From: Nitrospirota bacterium
Lineage (GTDB): Bacteria; Nitrospirota; Nitrospiria; Nitrospirales; Nitrospiraceae
Length of the DNA: 64,000 nt
Direction of reading: 5' to 3'
NCBI GenBank assembly: GCA_963703955.1
Contig: CAVPGK010000013.1
Coordinates: forward strand, 156,015 to 220,014
Part shown: positions 1-9,996 of the stretch, piece by piece
How the letters are laid out: each line of letters begins with the position of its first letter
Position numbering within the stretch: the stretch's first letter is position 1
Translations under genes and position numbers: made by a program
The notes under the pieces: model-generated
What the model was told of the DNA's origin: nothing
What the model saw: the letters and a program-made list of their open reading frames with translations, nothing else
Database searches by the model: none

Positions 1-333
1 GTAGCCCAAAGGAAGCGCCTGAACCACCAGGCTCGCCTGAATGCTCGTCGACTCGTCAATTCGGATGCGGCAAAGGGCGTTCCGATTCGGCGACTCGTCT
101 TGGAAGGCTCTCCCTTCATCGAAATCGCGCGCACCGCGAGGACCGAGCAGGCCAGCTTGATCGTGATGGGCAGCTATGGGGGACAAACCGGAAACGTGGA
201 AAAGATTTTCTTCGGGAGCACCGCCGAGAAAGTCGTACGGACCGGGGGGTGTCCTGTGCTGTGTGTTCCGTTGCCGGGCCGTCCGACCACGCACCCGACA
301 CCGGCCGCCTTGCGGCCCAAGGAGGAACGATGA
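1..333 (+). CDS. Universal stress protein, 5'-partial
   Basis: Frame open from base 1; USP C-terminal motif LIVMGSYG...FFGSTAEKVVRTGGCPVLCV. Confidence 0.9.
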   Translation, partial: VAQRKRLNHQARLNARRLVNSDAAKGVPIRRLVLEGSPFIEIARTARTEQASLIVMGSYGGQTGNVEKIFFGSTAEKVVRTGGCPVLCVPLPGRPTTHPTPAALRPKEER

Positions 334-755
334 GCCAGAGAGCATCATGGAGACGATGGAGCACTAGGTTGGTCCTAGCCGGATGCCTAACGGCAGGCGT
401 GCTGGCACAGGCCGGCGCCCAGATTGAACAGCGCGTGGAGGTCACGATCAAAGACTTTACCTTTATCACCAAGCAGGTGCCGCTCATGCCGAATGTTCCT
501 ACCGTCATCACGATCCGAAATGACGATGAGGTACGACATGATTTCGGCTCGTCTGTTTTTCAGAACACCCTGACTCATGTGGAAAGCGACGGCGTCATTT
601 CGTACGGACAAGGCATCGGCGGCCTGTTCCTGGATCCGAGCCGAGATGCGTCGGTGAGGTTCGTCATCGAACAACCGGGACGATACGAATTTCGATGTTC
701 GATTCATCCCAAGATGAGAGGGGAGCTTCTGTTACTGAACATCGGCGCCGTATAG
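330..755 (+). CDS. Exported cupredoxin-domain protein
   Basis: ATG at 330 after AAGGAGG; signal-like N-terminus; upstream His (RHDF) and type-1 copper loop CSIHPKM. Confidence 0.8.
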   Translation: MSQRASWRRWSTRLVLAGCLTAGVLAQAGAQIEQRVEVTIKDFTFITKQVPLMPNVPTVITIRNDDEVRHDFGSSVFQNTLTHVESDGVISYGQGIGGLFLDPSRDASVRFVIEQPGRYEFRCSIHPKMRGELLLLNIGAV

Positions 756-768
756 AACGGGAGTCTTC

Positions 769-1728
769 ATGACGGCACGGATCAAAAAGATCTTACTGGC
801 CACGGATTTTTCTGACTGCGCGGCGCTCGCGCAGGAGCAGGCTGTATTCCTGGCTAAGGCGGCCGGCGCCGGGTTGGATGTCGTTCATGTGATCGAGCTG
901 TATCCCGGCTTAGACCCGGAGTATCCCGTCAATCATCTCTACCTGGAGCAGGTCCGGAAGGAAACCAGCCGACAGCTTGAGGCGGCCGTGAACCGCATGA
1001 TCCAAAGCGGAGTGGTCGTCGCAGGCCATCAGGTCATCGGCATGCCAAGCCAGAAGATCAGCGAATTGGCGAAAACACTTGGTACTGACCTCATCGTCAT
1101 GGGGACCCACGGGCGCACCGGATTGGATCATGTCTTGCTTGGCAGTACGGCGGAACGGGTCGTGACAAGCGCCCCGTGTCCGGTCATGACCATCCGGTCT
1201 GAGAAACGAGATGAACAGCACAGCAGTCCCATCAGTCTTCGAGGTATCCTGGCGCCAATTGATTTCTCGGATGGTTCGTTGGAGGCATTGGACTATGGGG
1301 TACGGGTCGCCAAACAGTTCGGCGCCTCGTTGACAATTCTCCATGTGCTCGAACCGGTGTCCTATGGCCTGGACTTCACCCTGTCTCGCACAGCCGAACG
1401 AGAGAGCCTCAAGGAGCGCACGGAATCGCGATTGGCCGGATTGGTTGAGATCGTGAAAGCGGAGGGTGTCCCTGCGCGTTCTGAAGTGCGTGGCGGGATC
1501 CCAAGCGATACGATTGTGCGCGCCGCTCACGATTCCTCCTGCGATCTCATCATCATGGGCACGCACGGACGGCGAGGCTTGTCTCACGTGGTCAGCGGAA
1601 GCGTGGCGGAAGCGGTGTTGCGTCGGGCTTCCTGTCCTGTGTTGATGGTCAAGAGGCAGACCCGCATCCCGCATTACCTGCAACTCTCAATCGGAGGGAA
1701 GGAAGATCATGAAAAAAGCTCAGTGTAG
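769..1728 (+). CDS. Tandem-domain universal stress protein
   Basis: Two USP domains: ILLATDFS...DLIVMGTHGRTG...GSTAERVV and ILAPIDFS...GTHGRRG...GSVAEAV. Confidence 0.95.
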   Translation: MTARIKKILLATDFSDCAALAQEQAVFLAKAAGAGLDVVHVIELYPGLDPEYPVNHLYLEQVRKETSRQLEAAVNRMIQSGVVVAGHQVIGMPSQKISELAKTLGTDLIVMGTHGRTGLDHVLLGSTAERVVTSAPCPVMTIRSEKRDEQHSSPISLRGILAPIDFSDGSLEALDYGVRVAKQFGASLTILHVLEPVSYGLDFTLSRTAERESLKERTESRLAGLVEIVKAEGVPARSEVRGGIPSDTIVRAAHDSSCDLIIMGTHGRRGLSHVVSGSVAEAVLRRASCPVLMVKRQTRIPHYLQLSIGGKEDHEKSSV

Positions 1729-1852
1729 CGAACCATTGAAAGCATCTCGACGCCCCGAACCCCAATCGATAAGAAGAGGTGGCCGCGCCCTGAACGCTTG
1801 GCTTGAGGCGGAAACGATCGTCATGGAGGAGATCCATGAAGCCCATCAGTGA
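1709..1852 (+). CDS. 47-aa ORF with DUF2934-like C-terminus, possibly internally deleted
   Basis: Translated by hand: MKKAQCSEPLKASRRPEPQSIRRGGRALNAWLEAETIVMEEIHEAHQ; purine-rich RBS; below the ORF-track cutoff. Confidence 0.5.
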   Translation: MKKAQCSEPLKASRRPEPQSIRRGGRALNAWLEAETIVMEEIHEAHQ

Positions 1853-3206
1853 GCAGACCGTCATGCCGCAGGCTAGCATTGAGCCTTCCCTCCTCGCGCT
1901 CTTGAACAGAATCAACGGGCTGGCGGCGGCGCCGGTGTTCCACGTACAGCAGGACACGGCGTTGAGTCGAGCTCTCCGTCCGTATCTCGACTACATGAAG
2001 AGAGGGATTTTGTCCCCGCTTCCCGAGGAGATCGCGCAGGCCAATCTGTTCCTCTTTGCGGATTACTTCCCGGACGACGGACAATTGTCCCTCATCGAAC
2101 AGGTTCGCGAGACGATCGACGTTCACGTGCCGGAAGATGAACGCGCCTGGCTAGACCCGCTCAAGCATTCGTATCTGGACCTGCTGGAGATTCGAGAGAT
2201 CACGGAATCTGGTGAAGGCGGCCGGCTCAAGCTGCGTTCATTGGGCAACGGCCGAGAATTTCTTGTCGGGAGAAATGGCATGAGCCTTGACATCAAGAAA
2301 GGACACGTCCTTCTCACCCGCCTGATTCGGTTGCCCGATCGGGCGCTGCTTCCAGGGGCAGCCATCATCCTAGCAGCGGGCCATGCGAGAACCATCCTTG
2401 ACCTGGCGAACCAATGGCGGCGGGAAATGGAAGCCGAGTCCGGCTCCTTTGAACTTGGGGAGTGGGAGGATTTCGCCAAACAACATGGGTACATCCTGCT
2501 TTGGATGTATGCGCAAGCCAGGTTAGACGCGCGGCTCAAGGCTGATGCAGCCTTTGCCTATCGGACGCCCAGCGCTCATCCGTTCCTCTACGCGGTCGCG
2601 CTCTATGAACACGCTGAGTTCGACCATCTCGCGGATCGGCTGGGAAAGATCGAAGGCCTGCAGGAAGAAGTCCCTGCTCGGCTGAGGGACCATCAGCACG
2701 ATCAGCGACATGTTCGTGCCTGGGCCCAGTGCGAGAGCGCGCTGATGGACCATACTTCCGAGGGGTTGGCGCGATTGATATTGACCCCGGTCTTGTTGAT
2801 GGTCGAGTGCGATTCCCCGGAACGCCTCAATGGTCTGAAGCATCAGCTAGCGTCCGCGTTCGGCTATTCCCTCCACTTCATCGGAGAATCCCTCACCGTG
2901 CCGATTCACGACATGCCGGAGGTCGATCTCAGCCAGGAAGGCATTCCCTTACATTCCATGGTAGTTATGCAAGATGAGGAATATCGCCTGCTCAAGGCCT
3001 TTTTGGAATCCGTCTACCTGGAATGGGCGGACCGACCGTCGCCGTCGTTACAGGGCCTCACGCCGCGCCACGCAGCAGCCGCCCTGGAGACCAAATCAAG
3101 GGTGGCATCCCTGATCGACCAATTAGAACGAGACGATCTGGTCTATCGCCGGACCGGCAGGGCAGGGTATGACTACGGTCTGCTCCGCGCCCACGTCGGT
3201 CTATAA
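1836..3206 (+). CDS. Conserved hypothetical protein with a C-terminal segment resembling Xre/MbcA/ParS (DUF2384)
   Basis: ATG 1836 after GGAGGA; long ORF; C-terminal EWADRPSPSLQGLTPRHAA. Confidence 0.7.
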   Translation: MKPISEQTVMPQASIEPSLLALLNRINGLAAAPVFHVQQDTALSRALRPYLDYMKRGILSPLPEEIAQANLFLFADYFPDDGQLSLIEQVRETIDVHVPEDERAWLDPLKHSYLDLLEIREITESGEGGRLKLRSLGNGREFLVGRNGMSLDIKKGHVLLTRLIRLPDRALLPGAAIILAAGHARTILDLANQWRREMEAESGSFELGEWEDFAKQHGYILLWMYAQARLDARLKADAAFAYRTPSAHPFLYAVALYEHAEFDHLADRLGKIEGLQEEVPARLRDHQHDQRHVRAWAQCESALMDHTSEGLARLILTPVLLMVECDSPERLNGLKHQLASAFGYSLHFIGESLTVPIHDMPEVDLSQEGIPLHSMVVMQDEEYRLLKAFLESVYLEWADRPSPSLQGLTPRHAAAALETKSRVASLIDQLERDDLVYRRTGRAGYDYGLLRAHVGL

Positions 3207-3331
3207 ACAGAATGCTGAAAAACGCCTCCAACTTCGTTCTCGGTCGTTCGGACTCCTCAACGTACTCGAAAGCACGCCTCAGCATCCGGACTCCTTGCGG
3301 CCTCGTTGGACGGCCTTGTTGAGCATTCTGT
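3207..3331. repeat. ~125-bp palindromic intergenic element (REP/MITE-like)
   Basis: Perfect 10-bp terminal inverted repeat ACAGAATGCT/AGCATTCTGT with inner pairing TCCAAC/GTTGGA; resembles a repeat I recall from Nitrospira genomes. Confidence 0.7.
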
Positions 3332-3343
3332 GGGAGACGGCCT

Positions 3344-3805
3344 GTGAAAAAAAAGGAGGGATCAAGCTTAGAGACGGCTTTGGGAACGTGTCGCACCCGT
3401 CCGCCGAATGTCCTCCAGACCTTGCTCGCCGTGCAGGATGCGCTCGGGTACGTGCCGCCGGAGGCTGTGGCGGACATCGCTCGTTACCTTGAGGTCACCG
3501 AAGCGGATGTGGCCGGTGTCCTTTCATATTATCCCGAACTGCGCACTCGCGCCTCCGGCCGCCATCTCGTTCGGATCTGCATGGGAGAGTCATGCGTGGC
3601 GAATCGTTGCAATCGCGGACTGGTCGCGCTCCGGAGCCGTCTCGGCATCGATCTCGGAGAAACGACCTCGGACAACCGATTCAGCCTGGAGCGGGTGTAT
3701 TGCCTGGGCAACTGCGCCGTTTCACCGACGGTCATGGTGGATGAGGCGATCTATGGTCGAGTCGGGGGCGTCGATGTCCTTGCCATACTCGAGGAATATG
3801 AATAA
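3344..3805 (+). CDS. fdsG: NAD-dependent formate dehydrogenase gamma subunit (NuoE-like, 2Fe-2S)
   Basis: CMGESC...CLGNC motif; first gene of the fds operon. Confidence 0.88.
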   Translation: MKKKEGSSLETALGTCRTRPPNVLQTLLAVQDALGYVPPEAVADIARYLEVTEADVAGVLSYYPELRTRASGRHLVRICMGESCVANRCNRGLVALRSRLGIDLGETTSDNRFSLERVYCLGNCAVSPTVMVDEAIYGRVGGVDVLAILEEYE

Positions 3806-5327
3806 GACTCCGCCACCAGCCGTTCGTCTGTACCTTTCAAACGACACATCTGCCCGTGCGGCGGGAGTCGAGCGAGTGGCGGACGCCTTGGCAGGAACGC
3901 CGGGATTGGAGTTGGTTCGCACTTCCTCACGGGGCGCGTTTTTCCTCGAACCGCTTGTCGAGCGGGATACACCGGATGGTCGGATGGCCTGGTCTCGTGT
4001 TTCGCCGAACGATCTGCCGTCTGTCCTCGCAGGGACGGGGGGAACACCGGTGAGGCAGATTTCCTTCCTGACTCAACAAACCCGTGAGACCTTCGCGAAT
4101 TTTGGGGTCACTCAACCGCTCTCGCTTGACGAGTACAGAATGCGCGGTGGGCTGAGGGGTCTTGACTGCGCCCGGGCGCTCTCGCCGGAAGCGATCATTG
4201 ATGAGTTGAAACTGTCCGGACTGCGCGGGCGTGGAGGCGCGGCCTTTCCCGTGTGGACGAAGTGGAAGGTAGCCGGGGAGGCGAGGGCGGATCGGAAATA
4301 CGTCGTGGCCAATGCCGACGAGGGAGATGCCGGCACGTACTGCGACCGCATGATCATGGAGGGCGATCCATTCCGCTTGATTGAAGGCATGCTGATCTGC
4401 GCCTGCGCCGTTGGGGCCGACCGGGGCTATATCTATTGCCGTCAGGAATACCCAGCGGCGGCCCGTGTTTTGAAGGCGGCGATCGAAGAAGGGGAGCGCG
4501 CTGGCTTGTTGGGTCGCAACGGGAGCGGCTTTCATCTGGAGATCTTCGTCGGCGCCGGGTCCTACGTGTGTGGCGAAGAGACCGCGCTTCTGGAATCGCT
4601 GGAAGGGCGTCGCGGCGTCGTGTGCGCCAAGCCCCCGTATCCGGCAGTCTCGGGTCTGTACGGACGGCCAACCGTGGTGAGTAATGTGCTGACCTTTGCG
4701 ACCGTCCCAAGCATCCTAGCCCGAGGAGGCGCCTGGCATGCCGCATTGGGCACGGAGGGATCACGCGGGACGATCGCGCTGCAGATCGGAGGACGGGTCA
4801 AGCAGCCGGGCCTCGTGGAGATTCCGTTCGGCGCGACGCTCGAGGATGTGATTGAGCAGTTCGGCGGGGGCATGGCGGCGGACGCCCGGTTCAAGGCCGT
4901 TCAGGTCGGCGGCCCGCTGGGTAGCCTCTTCCCGGCTTCCAAGCTGAGTATCCGGATCTGTTACGACGAGTTCGCAAGAGCCGGGGCGATCCTGGGACAT
5001 GGGGGGATCGTCGTGTACGATGATGAGACCGACATGGTTGAGCTGGCCCGCCATTTCATGGCGTTCACCGCCGACGAATCATGTGGAAAATGCACACCCT
5101 GCCGCGTCGGCTCGGTCAGGGGGCGAGAGATCCTTGATCGAATCGCAAAGGGTCGCGGTCGTCTGAGCGATCTGGATCTGCTTGCTGACCTCGGGGAGAC
5201 GATGAAAGCGGCCAGCTTGTGCGCCTTGGGAAGTCGGGCGCCATATCCGGTTCTCACCGCGATCGAGCACTTCGGCTATGAATTTCAGGATCGTCTATTC
5301 GCCGATCGAACGAGTGAAGAACACTGA
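3798..5327 (+). CDS. fdsB: NAD-dependent formate dehydrogenase beta subunit (NuoF-like, FMN/4Fe-4S)
   Basis: ATG 3798; GLRGRGGAAFP, NADEGD, GAGSYVCGEETAL and ESCGKCTPCRVG motifs. Confidence 0.93.
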   Translation: MNKTPPPAVRLYLSNDTSARAAGVERVADALAGTPGLELVRTSSRGAFFLEPLVERDTPDGRMAWSRVSPNDLPSVLAGTGGTPVRQISFLTQQTRETFANFGVTQPLSLDEYRMRGGLRGLDCARALSPEAIIDELKLSGLRGRGGAAFPVWTKWKVAGEARADRKYVVANADEGDAGTYCDRMIMEGDPFRLIEGMLICACAVGADRGYIYCRQEYPAAARVLKAAIEEGERAGLLGRNGSGFHLEIFVGAGSYVCGEETALLESLEGRRGVVCAKPPYPAVSGLYGRPTVVSNVLTFATVPSILARGGAWHAALGTEGSRGTIALQIGGRVKQPGLVEIPFGATLEDVIEQFGGGMAADARFKAVQVGGPLGSLFPASKLSIRICYDEFARAGAILGHGGIVVYDDETDMVELARHFMAFTADESCGKCTPCRVGSVRGREILDRIAKGRGRLSDLDLLADLGETMKAASLCALGSRAPYPVLTAIEHFGYEFQDRLFADRTSEEH

Positions 5328-5336
5328 TCGAACAGG

Positions 5337-8117
5337 ATGATACTCACGCCACCAGCAAAGGTAGATTGTCGGGCTGTGAGCCTGACGATCAATGGTCGGT
5401 CCATCACGGCGGCTTCCGGAGCGACCGTCTTCAGCGCGGCGCGTCAAGCGGGGATCACGATCCCGAATTTATGCGCGTCGGATCATTTGGCTCCCTTCGG
5501 GTCGTGTCGCCTCTGTCTCTGTGAAGTGGAAGGGCGGTCGGATACCCCGGCCTCGTGCACGACGCCTGTGCAGGAGGGCATGGTTGTGCGCACGGAAACC
5601 GAGCGATTGACCCGGCACCGAAAGAATATCCTCGAACTCTATCTGTCCGAACGGCCTGAGGGTGACGCGCCGGAACCTCTCCGCAAGCTGGCCCACACGC
5701 TGGGGCTTGCGCGAGTCCGCTATGACGCCCCGAGTCATCGAACCGTGTTCCACGATGTGTCGAATCCCTTCTTTTCGTTCGACAATGCGGCGTGTATCTC
5801 ATGCGCCCGGTGCGTACGAGCGTGCGATGAGATTCAAGGGACCTTCGCGCTGACGATGATCGGCCGTGGATTCGACGCCCGGCCGGTTGCGGGAGATGGT
5901 CATGGGTTCGCCGCCTCGAACTGTGTCTCGTGCGGGGCGTGCGTCAAAGAATGCCCGACCGGCGCGTTACTGGAAACGTCCATCCATCGATTCGGCCGGC
6001 CGACGCAGACCGTGCGCACGACCTGTGCCTATTGCGGGGTGGGGTGCGCGTTCGACGCTGGCGTCCGGGATGGTCGAGTGGTCAGTATGGCGCCGTCGGA
6101 TGATGGCCCATCGAATCTCGGTCATGCGTGCATGAAGGGCCGGTTCGGCTGGGATTACATCTATGCCAAGGATCGGCTGCGCGTGCCGCTCCTGCGGCGA
6201 GGTGATCGGTGGGAGGAGATTTCGTGGGAGGCCGCCATGGATCGGATGGCCCGGGAATTTAGTCGAATCAAGGAAACGTATGGAGCGGACGCCCTAGCGA
6301 CGATTTCCTCCAGCCGGGGCACGAATGAAGAAAATTACTTGTTCGCGAAGTTCATGCGGTGCGTGATCGGCACCAACCACATCGACAATTGCGCACGAGT
6401 CTGCCACAGCGCCACCGTCACGGGGATGATGGAGGTACTGGGCGCGTCCGCGGCCACGAATTCGATCGCTGATGTGGATCTCGCCAAACTGATCCTCGTG
6501 GTCGGAGCGAACCCCACCGAGTCTCATCCCGTGGTTGGCGCGCGGATCAAACGGGCTCATCGGCGCGGTGTGCCGCTGATCGTGGTGGACCCACGGCGCA
6601 CCGAACTGGCGCGCCTGGCCGACTTCCATCTACAGTTGCGTCCCGGCACCAATGTGGCACTGCTGAATGGATTGGGCCACGTCATCGTACAGGAAAGGCT
6701 GCTGGATCACGCGTTCATCGACAGGCGCACCGATGGGCTCGCGGATTGGCGTGACTCAGTGGCCGCCTGTACACCGGAGGTGACCGAGGGTATCACCGGC
6801 GTGCCGGCCGCCAAGATTGTGGAGGCGGCCCGTCGCTATGCGATGAGCGGCGCGTCCCTCTGCGTACATGGTCTCGGCGTGACCGAGCACCGTTGGGGGA
6901 GTCATGGCGTGATTGCCCTGTGCAATCTCGCCCTGGCCACGGGACACATCGGACGGCCTGGGACCGGCATCAACCCGCTGCGCGGCCAGAACAATGTACA
7001 GGGCGCCTCGGATTCGGGCTGTCTGCCCACCTATTTCGCGGGTTATCAAAGCTTCGATGATCCCGGTCTGGCTGCCAAGCACCGTGCCATTACAGGGCGC
7101 ACGCTTCCGTCGAAGCGCGGCCTGAAGATTCCCGACATGTGGGACGCCGCGCTGGACGGGCGGCTGAAGGGGATGTGGATCATCGGGTACGATGTGGCGC
7201 AAACTGATCCGAATCTCAAGAAAGTCAAAGCCGCGCTCGGTCGTTTAGAATTTCTCGTCGTGCAGGATCTGTTTCTCAGCGAGACGGCGAAGCTCGCGCA
7301 TCTGGTCATACCGGGAGCCGCGTTTCTTGAAAAGGATGGTACATTCACGAATCTCGAACGCCGGATTCAACGAATCCGCAAAGTCGTCGATCCGCCTGAC
7401 GCCGTGCTGCCGGACTGGCAGGTAGTCAGCCAGGTTTCTAAGCGAATGGGTTACGCGATGGATTATGCGCATCCATCCGAGATTATGGATGAGATGAGGC
7501 GGCTCACACCGATGCTGGCGGGTGTATCCTTCGATCGGCTCGAAGAGCGGAAGGGACTCCAATGGCCGGTTCCTTCTGCGGATCACCCGGGAACACCATT
7601 GATGCACGCGGACGGCTTCCCGCCCCGGGAAGGAGCGGGTGGGGGTGATGGCCGGGCTCGTTTTGTTCCTGTTGAGCACCTTCCGCCCGGCGAGGAGCCT
7701 AACGACGCGTTCCCATTCATCCTGATCACTGGTCGGATTCTCCAACACTATAATTGCGGGGCCCAGACCCGCCGGACTGATATCATGCGCATTGTCGATA
7801 CCGACGTGTTGGAGATGCATCCGGAGGACGCGGCGCGCCTCCACCTGACCGACGGTGAATCGGTGAAGCTGGTCAGCGCCCGGGGCGAGGCCATCCTGCC
7901 GGTGACCCTGAGCCAGCGCGTTCAGCCCGGACAGCTCTTCACGAGCTTTCATTTTCCGGGGACCAATACGAATGCCTTGCTTTCGTCCAGCGCCGATGAA
8001 AGTTCGAAGTGCCCGGAGTACAAGGTGTCCGCCGTACGAGTGGAGACATTGACCGGCGGCAGGGCCGGGAGGAAGGACGCGGCGGATGGCGGCGCGCGGT
8101 GGAGGCTGATGACCTAG
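5337..8117 (+). CDS. fdsA: Molybdopterin formate dehydrogenase alpha subunit, Cys-type
   Basis: N-terminal Fe-S motifs; CAYCGVGC; NCARVCHS; PLRGQNNVQG; C-terminal CPEYK. Confidence 0.95.
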   Translation: MILTPPAKVDCRAVSLTINGRSITAASGATVFSAARQAGITIPNLCASDHLAPFGSCRLCLCEVEGRSDTPASCTTPVQEGMVVRTETERLTRHRKNILELYLSERPEGDAPEPLRKLAHTLGLARVRYDAPSHRTVFHDVSNPFFSFDNAACISCARCVRACDEIQGTFALTMIGRGFDARPVAGDGHGFAASNCVSCGACVKECPTGALLETSIHRFGRPTQTVRTTCAYCGVGCAFDAGVRDGRVVSMAPSDDGPSNLGHACMKGRFGWDYIYAKDRLRVPLLRRGDRWEEISWEAAMDRMAREFSRIKETYGADALATISSSRGTNEENYLFAKFMRCVIGTNHIDNCARVCHSATVTGMMEVLGASAATNSIADVDLAKLILVVGANPTESHPVVGARIKRAHRRGVPLIVVDPRRTELARLADFHLQLRPGTNVALLNGLGHVIVQERLLDHAFIDRRTDGLADWRDSVAACTPEVTEGITGVPAAKIVEAARRYAMSGASLCVHGLGVTEHRWGSHGVIALCNLALATGHIGRPGTGINPLRGQNNVQGASDSGCLPTYFAGYQSFDDPGLAAKHRAITGRTLPSKRGLKIPDMWDAALDGRLKGMWIIGYDVAQTDPNLKKVKAALGRLEFLVVQDLFLSETAKLAHLVIPGAAFLEKDGTFTNLERRIQRIRKVVDPPDAVLPDWQVVSQVSKRMGYAMDYAHPSEIMDEMRRLTPMLAGVSFDRLEERKGLQWPVPSADHPGTPLMHADGFPPREGAGGGDGRARFVPVEHLPPGEEPNDAFPFILITGRILQHYNCGAQTRRTDIMRIVDTDVLEMHPEDAARLHLTDGESVKLVSARGEAILPVTLSQRVQPGQLFTSFHFPGTNTNALLSSSADESSKCPEYKVSAVRVETLTGGRAGRKDAADGGARWRLMT

Positions 8118-8206
8118 ATGGAGCGGTCAGCCGGGTTCAGCTCTGAGCGCAGAGACTTACTCCAAGGAACTGAAAGTCGACGCTTGACCACCGACCGCTT
8201 CATACC

Positions 8207-9127
8207 ATGAACCAATCATCGACCACCCTGGTCCCCTTGTTCGACGCCTACTCTCCGCCGCAGATCGCTGAACGCGTGAGAGAGATCGGTGTCGCGAAGG
8301 CCAACGCCCCGCTGTTGACGACCTTGGCCCTCGCCGTTCTGGCCGGTGCGTTCATCTCACTGGGCGCCCTGTTCTATACCGTCACGGTGACCGGTGCGGA
8401 TGCATCGGAGAGGACACCTTTCGGCCTGCTTCAGTTGGCCGGCGGCGCTGCGTTTAGTCTCGGTCTGGTCCTGGTGGTGGTCGGCGGCGCGGAGCTGTTT
8501 ACCGGCAACAATCTGCTGGCGATGGCGTGGGCGGCCGGTCGTGTTCAGAGCGGCCAGATTCTCCGGAATTGGGGATGGGTCTACCTGGGAAATCTGGTCG
8601 GAGCGCTCGGTACCGCGGCCTTGGTTCTCCTGTCAGGTGTGCACGAGTTGGCGGACGGCGCGGTCGGCGAGACGGCGATCCGCATTGCTAGAGCAAAAAG
8701 CGATCTTGGCGCATTGGAATCGGTAGCGCGCGGGATTCTCTGCAACGTCCTCGTGTGCCTGGCGGTCTGGCTTTGTATGGGAGCCCGCAGCGTCGCCGAC
8801 AAGATCCTTGCCATTGTGTTTCCCATTAGCGCGTTTGTCGCCTGCGGGTTCGAGCATTCGGTCGCGAATATGTATTTTCTTCCGATCGGACTTGCGCTTA
8901 CCTGGCCCGGGACCGCGCCAATCGCGCTGGCGGATGCCTTCGGCAATCTCGTCCTGGTGACGGTCGGGAACCTCCTGGGCGGGACAGTCCTGGTCGCGGA
9001 GGTATATTGGTTTGTCTATTTACGGGGCAGCTCTGTTTCCGGCGCACCCCCCATTCGGCCATTGCATCCAACCCCAGAGCAGGATAAACCAACCCTGTCG
9101 TCCACGTTGAGAGGAGACCGTCGATGA
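8207..9127 (+). CDS. focA: Formate/nitrite transporter (FNT family)
   Basis: GAELFTGN, GILCNVLVCLAVW and GFEHSVANM motifs; directly follows fdsA. Confidence 0.9.
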   Translation: MNQSSTTLVPLFDAYSPPQIAERVREIGVAKANAPLLTTLALAVLAGAFISLGALFYTVTVTGADASERTPFGLLQLAGGAAFSLGLVLVVVGGAELFTGNNLLAMAWAAGRVQSGQILRNWGWVYLGNLVGALGTAALVLLSGVHELADGAVGETAIRIARAKSDLGALESVARGILCNVLVCLAVWLCMGARSVADKILAIVFPISAFVACGFEHSVANMYFLPIGLALTWPGTAPIALADAFGNLVLVTVGNLLGGTVLVAEVYWFVYLRGSSVSGAPPIRPLHPTPEQDKPTLSSTLRGDRR

Positions 9128-9957
9128 AGGTCGTCATCGGGATGGATGGTTCGAAATACTCACGCTGGGCGTTGGAATGGATCGCTCGACTTCCGCTAGC
9201 CGCCCCACCTCCGGTCGTCGCGCTGCACGCCGTGGACCTCTCGGCCTTGAAGGCCCCGGTGATGTTTCAACCCATGGTCGTCGGCAATGAGCCGTTCATC
9301 CAAGCCGAGGTGAAGAGGTTGGACAAGAAGGCGAAAGAGGTGGTTGCTGAAACCAAGAGGTCGTTCGATTCCTTCAATCTGCAGGGTAGAGTGATGATCG
9401 CAAAAGGTGCGCCCGCGGAGATCATCGTGAAGCGCGCAAGACGCGGAGACCTGCTGATCGTCGGACACCGCGGTCTGACCGGTCTGGATCGTTTCATGTT
9501 GGGGAGCGTGTCTACGAAAGTGATGTTGCACGCGCCCTGTTCTGTGCTGGTGGTGAAGCAGCCGTCCCGGCCGATTCGAAAAATCCTGCTGGCGACCGAC
9601 GGGTCCAAGAACGCGAATAAGGCCCTCCGGTTTCTCTTGGAGGACATGCGATCCGCGAATGTAGAAATCCTCGTCACGCACGTGATGCCGTTTCTAAGAT
9701 ACTCGGAGCAAAATGAGGCAGGGAAGGTCTTGGTTGATCAGTGCGCGGAAAAGCTGGCGTTGGCCGGCTACCGGGTGACTCCGATGCTGAAGCTTGGAAG
9801 CCCGGCAGACGAAATCATTAAGATTGCCGGGCGGCAGAAAGTAGACCTGATCGTCTCTGGCGCCAAAGGGCTTGGCGCGATCGCTCGATTCTTCTTGGGG
9901 AGCGTCTCGATGAAGCTAATGCAGCACAGTGCCTGTTCGGTTCTCGTGGTCCGGTAA
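9124..9957 (+). CDS. Tandem-domain universal stress protein
   Basis: VVIGMDGS...LGSVS and ILLATDGS...LGSVS...CSVLVV. Confidence 0.92.
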   Translation: MKVVIGMDGSKYSRWALEWIARLPLAAPPPVVALHAVDLSALKAPVMFQPMVVGNEPFIQAEVKRLDKKAKEVVAETKRSFDSFNLQGRVMIAKGAPAEIIVKRARRGDLLIVGHRGLTGLDRFMLGSVSTKVMLHAPCSVLVVKQPSRPIRKILLATDGSKNANKALRFLLEDMRSANVEILVTHVMPFLRYSEQNEAGKVLVDQCAEKLALAGYRVTPMLKLGSPADEIIKIAGRQKVDLIVSGAKGLGAIARFFLGSVSMKLMQHSACSVLVVR

Positions 9958-9996
9958 GGCCGCCTCTCATGAGGGATAGGAAGTTGTGGCTGTGGG

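Noticed and set aside
3408..3797. Long N-terminal extension of fdsB in the ORF track
   Set aside because: It overlaps fdsG out of frame; ATG 3798 has an RBS and fits the family start
6385..6410. Selenocysteine in the formate dehydrogenase
   Set aside because: The active-site motif reads NCARVCHS with a Cys codon and no in-frame TGA
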